A DNA stretch of 64,000 nucleotides. It comes from Clostridiales bacterium (GTDB lineage Bacteria; Bacillota; Clostridia; Christensenellales; CAG-314). The notes below the pieces were generated by a model that had not been told where the DNA came from, did no database searches, and saw only the letters and a program-made list of their open reading frames with translations. The stretch's first letter is position 1. Each line of letters opens with the position of its first letter. Of the stretch, positions 33,762 to 41,402 are shown piece by piece. The position numbers and the translations under genes are program-made. The stretch is taken from assembly GCA_022508375.1 (NCBI GenBank), contig JAFLVJ010000005.1, positions 5,004 to 69,003 of the forward strand, written 5' to 3'.

Positions 33762-34691
33762 TCACTTTTTTTCAAATACTCTTAGTTTTGCGCTTTGTGA
33801 GCGAGGATTGTCCAGTTGCTCACTTGGCGACGGTAATATCGGTTTCTTATTTACCAACGCTCCCTGCGATCTGTGGTTGCATACACATACAGGTAGGTTG
33901 GGTGGGCATATACAATCGGTAACCAAATCGTTGAAACTGTGTTTTACTGCCCTATCCTCCAACGAGTGGAATGTTATCACAGCCAGTCTGCCGTTCGAGT
34001 TCAGTCTGCCTGCAGCGCTCTTTACGAATTCTTCCAGTCCTTCCAGTTCCTTATTTACTTCGATTCGCAAAGCCTGAAAGGTACGTTTGGCGGGATGACT
34101 ACCCTTTTTACGTGCGCTGTGCGGTACCGATTTGTCAATTACAGCAACTAGCTGACCGCACGTGTTGATTGGAAGTTTTTGCCTTTCGATGACAATATTG
34201 CGGGCGATTACTTTGGCAAATTTTTCTTCACCGTAGTCGCGAATGATATCGCAAAGCTGCTGCTCCGAGTAGGTATTAACGATATCGCATGCCGTCATAG
34301 CTTGCTCGGCGTCCATTCGCATATCGAGCGGTGCGTCGCTTGCCATGTAGCTGAATCCACGCTCGGGGTTGTCAATCTGGTAGGAGCTTACGCCCAAATC
34401 TGCCAATATTCCGTCCACCTTGTCAATGCCCAGTTCGTCGAGCACCTGACAGATATTTTTGAAATCGCTGTGAACGAACTTGACGTTTCCTCTTGTTAAC
34501 CGTTCGCGACAGACAGATAACGCCTCTTCATCTTTATCTATCGCTACCAGCAAACCGTTACTTAGCTTGTCCAATATTTTTGCCGAGTGTCCACCGCCTC
34601 CTGCAGTGCAATCAACGTATATACCGTCCGAACGGATATTCAACGCGTCGATACACTCATCTAACAGCACCGATTTGTGTGAAAATATCAT
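33762..34691 (-). CDS. rsmH: 16S rRNA m4C1402 methyltransferase
   Basis: HKSVLL, DCTAGGGGHS, DLGVSS, FQALRI, FHSLEDR, NPRSQSAKLR. Confidence 0.97.
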   Translation of the reverse strand: MIFSHKSVLLDECIDALNIRSDGIYVDCTAGGGGHSAKILDKLSNGLLVAIDKDEEALSVCRERLTRGNVKFVHSDFKNICQVLDELGIDKVDGILADLGVSSYQIDNPERGFSYMASDAPLDMRMDAEQAMTACDIVNTYSEQQLCDIIRDYGEEKFAKVIARNIVIERQKLPINTCGQLVAVIDKSVPHSARKKGSHPAKRTFQALRIEVNKELEGLEEFVKSAAGRLNSNGRLAVITFHSLEDRAVKHSFNDLVTDCICPPNLPVCVCNHRSQGALVNKKPILPSPSEQLDNPRSQSAKLRVFEKK

Positions 34692-35134
34692 TTCTTAAAC
34701 ACTACGTTGTGGAATTCTTTAAATGCCTCGTTAACAGCCTCGGGTGATCTGTCTTTCTTCGCTTGACGCTTGAGGTAAATTTCCTCGCTCCAGATTTCGA
34801 TTCTTTTAAATGATCCAACGATGCGAACGTCCTTGTCGATATTGGCAAATTTCAACAACTCGTCGGTTATCATAAATCTACCTTGAGAGTCCGCCTCCAC
34901 CGTTGCAGACATTTCCGCAATGAGGTCAATAATGTCGGACTTATCCGAGTCGAATTCCATCTCTTCTACGGCCTTGAGGAACTTGTCCTCTGCATCGGCA
35001 GAATACAGGAAAATACAACCGTCAATACCCGGCATAAGAATATAATCATTGCCGAGCTTTTCGCGGTACTTCGCAGGAAGTCGTATTCTGTTTTTGTCGT
35101 CCAACGAATGTTGGAAATTACCGAGCAGAAGCAC
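34688..35134 (-). CDS. mraZ: dcw transcriptional regulator MraZ
   Basis: DDKNR and DSQGR repeats, IEIW; first gene of the dcw cluster. Confidence 0.9.
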   Translation of the reverse strand: MLLLGNFQHSLDDKNRIRLPAKYREKLGNDYILMPGIDGCIFLYSADAEDKFLKAVEEMEFDSDKSDIIDLIAEMSATVEADSQGRFMITDELLKFANIDKDVRIVGSFKRIEIWSEEIYLKRQAKKDRSPEAVNEAFKEFHNVVFKK

Positions 35135-35180
35135 GAAATTACACCTCTAGTTTTTTGGTACCTAGATGATATCATATTTC

Positions 35181-35240
35181 TCGTCCAAATTCAACCATTT
35201 TTAACCAAATTATTGAAAAAAATTTTTTATTTAACCAAAT
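35181..35240 (-). promoter_or_regulatory. phased (T/A)TGG repeats, putative MraZ binding sites
   Basis: Plus-strand CCAA/CCAT at 35185, 35195, 35205 (10-bp period) and 35235. Confidence 0.55.
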
Positions 35241-35323
35241 GACATAAAATAGATTACTTTTAGATGAAAAAACTGTAATAAATAACCGAAAATAACGGCA
35301 ACTCCAAAGAGTCGCCGTTTATG

Positions 35324-36019
35324 TTACAAAATTTCAGTTAGTTTGTTGCCCACCAGATCGCAACTGGTAAGATAGAATTCGATACCGAACTTCTTCATAT
35401 AAAGATTCGATCTGCAATCCTTGCCGTGCAGGTGTCCATAGACTACCGTCGTTATTCCCGCCTCGATAAACTGCTTGGTAAAGTCACTATCGTCGTATCT
35501 GCCGTTAAACGGAGGAAAGTGCATGATTGCTATCACCTTGTCAGTAGGCTTACGCATCTTTTGCATAGCCGCAATTGACAGTTTCAATCGCTCCAGTTCG
35601 CGCAGGTATATCTTAGTATCTTCCGCCGACAGATTGTCTCCGTCGGGGCAAATCCAACCGCGAGTACCGCATATCAATACGTCGCCGAATCGCATACAGT
35701 CATTTTGCAAGGCGTAAAAGCCCTGAGGTATCGCTGTCCGCACTTGCGAAAGCGTATTCCACCAGTAGTCATGATTGCCGCGCAAGATAACCTTTTTACC
35801 GGGAAGCTTTGCTACGATTTCGAAATCAGGTAGCGCCTCATCCATGCGCATTGCCCACGAAAAGTCCCCCGGAAGCAATACCAAATCATCTTCCGTAACC
35901 TTGGCTTTCCAATCTGCCGATATCAATTCAAAGTAGTTTTCCCACGATTTACCGAATATATCCATTGGCTTCTCCACCACTGTGGACAAATGCAAATCGC
36001 TTATTGCAAAAACTTTCAT
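35324..36019 (-). CDS. calcineurin-like metallophosphoesterase
   Basis: SDLH, PGD, GNHD, HFPP, GHLH. Confidence 0.9.
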   Translation of the reverse strand: MKVFAISDLHLSTVVEKPMDIFGKSWENYFELISADWKAKVTEDDLVLLPGDFSWAMRMDEALPDFEIVAKLPGKKVILRGNHDYWWNTLSQVRTAIPQGFYALQNDCMRFGDVLICGTRGWICPDGDNLSAEDTKIYLRELERLKLSIAAMQKMRKPTDKVIAIMHFPPFNGRYDDSDFTKQFIEAGITTVVYGHLHGKDCRSNLYMKKFGIEFYLTSCDLVGNKLTEIL

Positions 36020-36043
36020 ATGAATATGATATCATATAATAGC

Positions 36044-36265
36044 TTATTTGTCCAGTTTCTTGCTACGCTTGGCTCGGCACTCTGCACACATTATATCGTC
36101 AATGTCCATGACGTTTTTCTCACAGTATGGACATATCAGATCGGTAAAGCTTTCTTCATCGAATATGCTCTTTTTACCCTCTATCTCATCCATACATACC
36201 TTGCACAATTGTTCATCTGTCAATATATAGTTTAGTCCACAACGCGGACACCTTTTGTATTTCAT
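36044..36265 (-). CDS. small double zinc-ribbon protein
   Basis: Four CxxC motifs in 73 aa. Confidence 0.7.
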   Translation of the reverse strand: MKYKRCPRCGLNYILTDEQLCKVCMDEIEGKKSIFDEESFTDLICPYCEKNVMDIDDIMCAECRAKRSKKLDK

Positions 36266-36458
36266 AGCAGTATAACTCCAACCTATACTTCAACCTATGA
36301 AACATTTACAGTAAGTGTTACAATCCCAATAAAGAAACCTGCCCCATAAAGGACAGGTCCTATTTGTATATTGAACCCTGTATTGCATATCGCAACGACA
36401 GAGGCGAGGGGTTCCACTCAAAACAAAGCGAAGCCGCTTTGAAAGGAACGCCCGAACA

Positions 36459-37103
36459 TTACGTGTTTCCGCCGCCTGTATTGCGTCCACCGGGATACAG
36501 CGGAAGTTCGAAGTAACCCGAGCATACTTCCTCGGAGTAGTCCTGACAGGGTGGGATTACGGCGTATCCGTAACTGGGGATGATAAGTTCCACATCCATA
36601 GTAACCTTGAGTATTGCAGTAACACAGCAGTTGATTACGAAGATGTAATACGTTACACCGTCGATTTCCTGCGTTTGACTGTATTGACCTTCGGGACTAA
36701 CCGCAGAAACGCTTGCCTCAATCGTATAGGGGATGATAGACGGTTCGGGTAAGAACATAACTACGTCGATGGGCACCGTTACAGTACCTAAGCCGCTTCC
36801 CTCCTCATTGTTGCTGTCTATGTACACTACTTCAACGGGAACAACTACGTCAGCCTGAACTCTACCGTACTTGGGACGTTCTGTTAAACGCTCCACTACG
36901 AGATTTTCAATTACTCCCTTTGTCGTGGTGCTCTTGGCGCTAACGAAACGCAACGGCGTTGCGGGATTAGCGGGATTGACATCCGTTACGTTTACGGTAA
37001 TTTGCTGTAACGTCGTTTGCTTTACACACGCATCGAAGACCTTTTTGCCTTGGATACAGATTTTTTCACTACAATTGTTGCCATCCATATTGTTGACCGG
37101 CAT
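36459..37103 (-). CDS. hypothetical protein, probably sporulation-expressed
   Basis: AGGAGG RBS; upstream ACA-17-CATACAAT sigmaK/E-like promoter; beta-rich, Cys-containing sequence. Confidence 0.75.
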   Translation of the reverse strand: MPVNNMDGNNCSEKICIQGKKVFDACVKQTTLQQITVNVTDVNPANPATPLRFVSAKSTTTKGVIENLVVERLTERPKYGRVQADVVVPVEVVYIDSNNEEGSGLGTVTVPIDVVMFLPEPSIIPYTIEASVSAVSPEGQYSQTQEIDGVTYYIFVINCCVTAILKVTMDVELIIPSYGYAVIPPCQDYSEEVCSGYFELPLYPGGRNTGGGNT

Positions 37104-37280
37104 TGTTAACCTCCTATGATAGTCAATATATTGTATGTAACCATTGCCTAAAATGTGCGCCTCATAGATAGCAGCAAATAAAATTAAACAAAAGACGCAT
37201 AAAATGGGAATAAAAAATGTTCCCCTGTTATTAGGAGAACATCAAACTTGACTATATTAAACAAAACTATTACGCCGTTC

Positions 37281-37470
37281 GGTGGTATAAGCGATCAAGC
37301 CTTTGAGGCGGTCAGATGCGAGGAAGACGAGGCGCATGCGGATTGACTGACGGGAGCGCACTTGGCGCGGCGAGGACGAAGTCCGACCCCCAGCGACTTT
37401 CGTAGAAAGCGCGTGACATGACCCGATGAAATGCGACGTTTAACAAAGTATTGCGACGCTTATAGCGACC
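37281..37470. mobile_element. MITE-like / REP-like GC-rich element with imperfect terminal inverted repeats
   Basis: Left GGTGGTATAAGCGATC versus right end read on the minus strand GGTCGCTATAAGCGTC; GC-rich, no ORF in the track, AT-rich left flank. Confidence 0.45.
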
Positions 37471-38058
37471 TTAATCCACGTCGAAATGCTGGAAGCGATC
37501 CTTCATATGTCCAAAGTAGAAAGTTATGAGCTCTCTCGCTTTGCGTTCCTGTACTTCCTTGGGATCGCCATTGCTCAAAATCTTGAAAAAGCTTGTCAAA
37601 AAGCCTTCGGCAATAGCGGTATAGAAATCCGGATTTTCAATCTTGCTGTCAATTTCGGGGAAAACACCCTGCACCAGTTCTTTAATCTTACTTGCCATTA
37701 CATCCGTTATGTATTGCATAAAGGTATCGTGATGAATGGAATTACCCTTGTAAATGATAAGCAACTCGTTATTGTATTGCATTATGAAAGCAATGAGCAT
37801 TTCGGAAAGCTCTTTCATCGTTCTGTTGGTAAAGCTGAATTCATTATCGACAAAGTTTCTCACGCTTTCCATAAACGGCTTGATAATTGCAAAATACAAG
37901 TCTTCCTTGTTTACGTAATATCTGTAAATGTTTCCCAGCGAAATTTCCGCATTGTCGGCGATATTGCGAATGGAGGCGTCGGCAAAGCCTTGCGCCTTAA
38001 ATTCCTCTACCGCTGCGGCAAGTATTCTGTCTCGAATTTCCTTCTTTAGATATTGCAT
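37471..38058 (-). CDS. TetR/AcrR family transcriptional regulator
   Basis: ILAAAVEEF..GF..ASIRNIA..ISLGNIYRYY.NKEDL HTH. Confidence 0.92.
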   Translation of the reverse strand: MQYLKKEIRDRILAAAVEEFKAQGFADASIRNIADNAEISLGNIYRYYVNKEDLYFAIIKPFMESVRNFVDNEFSFTNRTMKELSEMLIAFIMQYNNELLIIYKGNSIHHDTFMQYITDVMASKIKELVQGVFPEIDSKIENPDFYTAIAEGFLTSFFKILSNGDPKEVQERKARELITFYFGHMKDRFQHFDVD

Positions 38059-38153
38059 CGTTGCTCCATAGTAAATTGTTTATACAAGTATAACATATTT
38101 ACTTGCTATGAGCAACTCATTTCGTTAAAAATTTTGATTATTTTTCATTTTTG

Positions 38154-38882
38154 TTAATAGGCGCACTCCAACAGCATTTTGTCAGCTAAGAGCGCAATAA
38201 ACTCGCCATTGGTGGGTTTTTCGGATGAATTGTAAACTTTCACGCCAAATATATTGTTTATATTTTCTATTTTACCCCTGTTCCAAGCCACTTCGATTGC
38301 ATGTCGAATTGCCCGTTCCACCTTGCTTGAGGTGGTATTGAACCGTTTGGCTATGGACGGATACAGACTTTTTGTAATGGCATTGATGATAGGCGGATTA
38401 TCCACAGCCAACTTGATGCCTTCACGCAAAAATTGATACCCCTTGATATGCGCGGGAATACCTACACTTACGAAAATACTGCTGATACGTTCATCCAAGG
38501 TTTTTTCGGAAACACTCTTTTTGCGCACTACCTTTCCGCCGAGACGCTCCCCTTCGTAAACGTTTATTATACGCTGTTCCAATACGTTGTACTCAACGGG
38601 CTTGACAAGATAATACTTTGCTCCAAGATCCAACGCTTTTATGACAAAAACTTCGCTTTTGAGTTCCGACGCAACGATAAATTTCGCGTCGTGATACTTT
38701 TCCAGCAAGGCGTAACCGTCCTCTCCGCCCATGACAAGCTCTGTTATTACAACGTCGGGCAGTTGTTCGTCTAAACACCTGCGCGCTTCCTTGCCGTCAA
38801 CGTCAAATAATACTTTAAATTCGTCGTTTTCTTCTAACTTTTCCTTCAATCCCGATTGACCTATCAAACCAATTGTTATCAC
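38154..38882 (-). CDS. spo0A: sporulation transcription factor Spo0A with degenerate receiver domain
   Basis: C-terminal GIPAHIKGYQFLR, ITKSLYP, VERAIRHAIEVAW, KPTNGEFIA; GTG start behind AAGGAG; receiver has DVVITELVM instead of D...D..MP. Confidence 0.88.
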   Translation of the reverse strand: MITIGLIGQSGLKEKLEENDEFKVLFDVDGKEARRCLDEQLPDVVITELVMGGEDGYALLEKYHDAKFIVASELKSEVFVIKALDLGAKYYLVKPVEYNVLEQRIINVYEGERLGGKVVRKKSVSEKTLDERISSIFVSVGIPAHIKGYQFLREGIKLAVDNPPIINAITKSLYPSIAKRFNTTSSKVERAIRHAIEVAWNRGKIENINNIFGVKVYNSSEKPTNGEFIALLADKMLLECAY

Positions 38883-38972
38883 AGCGAAATCTCCTTGTTA
38901 CCTTAGTGCGTTCATTATAACATTACACCGTGCAACGTATTCGGTAAGAAAATAGGGTTAAAACACAGAAAT

Positions 38973-38979
38973 TGTCGAA
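38973..38979 (+). promoter_or_regulatory. 0A box (TGTCGAA) upstream of spo0A
   Basis: Exact Spo0A consensus about 90 bp upstream of the spo0A start. Confidence 0.55.
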
Positions 38980-39070
38980 AAACATGGATAAATCGCCTCG
39001 AATTTACAATATTATGTAACATTGAATAAAAAAGAGCCGATATTTCGGCTCTGTGAATTATCTGAAAACG

Positions 39071-39466
39071 TTATTCCCCCGTACTGTCGTCATGACTGTC
39101 TTGCGGCGTATCGGCTGACTCATCCGCTTGTTCCGGCTCGGGCAGCCCCATGTCATCCACCGCTTCGCAGGTGACTTCGTCCTTGGTCGCTTGCTTGTAC
39201 TGCTTGATGTCAGGCAAGATGCAAATATAGAATGTCGCCCCGAATACCGTTATCAACGCCTTACATATTACCGTCACCACAACATTTAGGATGGGAATCC
39301 AGCTGAAAATCATGTTGATTGCCGTCAACACCATTTCCATGGCAAAGGATACAGCGTAAATGGGTACGCCCACTATAAGACAAAGCGTTTTTACGATACA
39401 GTACCACCATTTTGTACCGGTGTAATTGAATATCCAATGAAGTCTATTGAGATAGTATTCTTTCAT
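39071..39466 (-). CDS. hypothetical membrane protein
   Basis: GGAG RBS before MKEYYL; hydrophobic core, acidic tail; terminator at about 39029-39052. Confidence 0.7.
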   Translation of the reverse strand: MKEYYLNRLHWIFNYTGTKWWYCIVKTLCLIVGVPIYAVSFAMEMVLTAINMIFSWIPILNVVVTVICKALITVFGATFYICILPDIKQYKQATKDEVTCEAVDDMGLPEPEQADESADTPQDSHDDSTGE

Positions 39467-39663
39467 GATTATACTCCAATAAATTACTTGAATTTTACTA
39501 TAAATATAATTTCTTGTCAACAACTGCGTTGTGACGGTAGTACGACATGTCGAATACAATAAAAATGAAATCATTATTGAGTGAATGTTACTCATCTGAC
39601 GAGAAATACCGTCAAAACAATTGACATAAATTCAAATCGAAATTACAATAAATATACATAATA

Positions 39664-39815
39664 AATCCGGTAGGTGAGGCTACCATGGGGATACGGATTG
39701 CTACCGATTAAACGTGGAGACACGTCAAGTCTGGTAAGCAGGGTTTGTCGAAAACAAGGCTCATCCTAATGCAATTTCATCGCCCCATGATGCTAAAACT
39801 TGTAATGGTTGGGCG
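39664..39815 (+). ncRNA. M-box (ykoK) Mg2+ riboswitch
   Basis: GGTAGGTGAGGCTACC, ATAC, TGCT.CC, TAATGCA and TGCTAAAACT hallmarks; TTGACA-17-TACAAT promoter at 39621-39649; terminator TCTGCA..TGCAGA-U8 near 39848-39877; upstream of mgtE. Confidence 0.9.
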
Positions 39816-39922
39816 TTGGTTTCCGTCATGAAAGAAACTTGTTTTGTCTGCACTGTTACAGGTTGCAGATTTTTTTTGTGCAAAACTGCCCAAAAATGCC
39901 TCGAATACCAAAGGAGGTACTA

Positions 39923-41323
39923 ATGGAATTTGAGGAATTGCAAGAATTAACGGAAAAAATGTTGGAACTACTTCAAACAAAAAATTTCCGCGAAATCAAG
40001 CGTTTAATAAACGACTTGCAACCCATAGACTGCGCTCTGCTTCTTGAAGAACTGAACGAAAAGGATATACTTCCCGTGTTTCGTCTGTTGAGCAAGGAAA
40101 ACGCTGCGGAAACGTTCGTTGAAATGACAAACGACAGTCAGGAACTGTTGCTGACTAAATTTTCCGACGCAGAACTTAAAGCCGTATTTGACGAAATGTT
40201 TTTGGACGACACGGTAGATATCATCGAAGAAATGCCTGCAAACGTCGTCAAGCGCATAATTAAGCAATCGGACGCAGAAACGCGCAACCAGATAAACGAA
40301 ATACTCAAATATCCTCGCGACTCCGCAGGCACCATCATGACGGTCGAGTACGTCAGCCTACGCGAGCACATGACGGTAAAGGAGTGTTTCGACCGCATAC
40401 GTAAGGTTGCCGTAGATAAGGAAACAATATACAACTGTTACGTTACCGACGACAAGCGTAAATTGATCGGAACGGTTACCGTCAAGGATTTGCTACTGCA
40501 CGACTACGAAACTCCCATTTCCCAATTTATGGAAACGGACGTTATATCGGCGGAAGCAACCGACGACAAGGAATTTGTTGCGCAACAGATTTCGAAGTAC
40601 GACTTGTCCGCACTACCCGTTGTAGATAGCGAAAACCGCATGGTCGGTATCGTCACCGTTGACGACGTATTGGACGTCATGGAAGAAGAAGCTACCGAAG
40701 ATATCTCCATCATGGCGGCAGTAACGCCTTCGACGGATACCTACATGGAACAAAGCATTTGGCAGATTTGGAAAAACCGTATCCCATGGCTGTTGCTACT
40801 GATGATTTCCGCAACGTTTACAGGACTTATCATCAACAGCTTTGAAGGGAAGTTAAACCTGCTTAGTCCGCTACTATTTGCCTGCATACCCATGCTGATG
40901 GACACGGGCGGAAACGCAGGAAGTCAGGCGTCCGTTACCATTATCCGCGGATTGGCTCTGGACGAAATTCGACCACGAGACGCGGCAAGGGTGCTGTGGA
41001 AAGAAATACGCGTATCTTTGTTGCTTGCCGGCTGTCTTGCCGTCGTTTGCTTTGCAAAGCTTTATTTGATAGACGGACTTGCATTTGGTAATTTGCTCGG
41101 CTATGGAGTGTATCCTTGGTATATTTGCTTGGCTGTATCCGTTGCACTATTTGCAACTGTGGTTATTGCAAAGATGGTAGGTTGTCTGATGCCATTGCTT
41201 GCTAAAACATGCAAACTCGACCCCGCAGTGGTTGCAAGCCCCTTCATCACCACCATTGTGGACGCTTTGTCACTGATCATCTTCTGTTACATTTCGATAT
41301 TGATCGTTACACCATTTGTTTAA
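39923..41323 (+). CDS. mgtE: magnesium transporter MgtE
   Basis: N domain, CBS pair, RIPWL, GGNAGSQ, DPAVVASPFITTIVD; ATG behind AAGGAGG. Confidence 0.96.
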   Translation: MEFEELQELTEKMLELLQTKNFREIKRLINDLQPIDCALLLEELNEKDILPVFRLLSKENAAETFVEMTNDSQELLLTKFSDAELKAVFDEMFLDDTVDIIEEMPANVVKRIIKQSDAETRNQINEILKYPRDSAGTIMTVEYVSLREHMTVKECFDRIRKVAVDKETIYNCYVTDDKRKLIGTVTVKDLLLHDYETPISQFMETDVISAEATDDKEFVAQQISKYDLSALPVVDSENRMVGIVTVDDVLDVMEEEATEDISIMAAVTPSTDTYMEQSIWQIWKNRIPWLLLLMISATFTGLIINSFEGKLNLLSPLLFACIPMLMDTGGNAGSQASVTIIRGLALDEIRPRDAARVLWKEIRVSLLLAGCLAVVCFAKLYLIDGLAFGNLLGYGVYPWYICLAVSVALFATVVIAKMVGCLMPLLAKTCKLDPAVVASPFITTIVDALSLIIFCYISILIVTPFV

Positions 41324-41402
41324 AGCAAAATAAAAAACGCGCCTGCGGTGACTTGTACACCACAGGCGCTTTTTGTTTCAATGCATATATTGTATTTATT
41401 CG

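Noticed and set aside
36335-36458. Possible 6S RNA
   Set aside because: The ends do not form the long closing stem and central bubble expected of 6S RNA.
36290-36490. 66-aa minus ORF and a T-box-like GAGTGGAACC word
   Set aside because: The ORF runs through terminator hairpins; there is no stem I or specifier and no amino-acid gene downstream.
37486-38049. 187-aa ORF exactly antisense to TetR
   Set aside because: Codon-mirror shadow of the TetR gene with no independent evidence.
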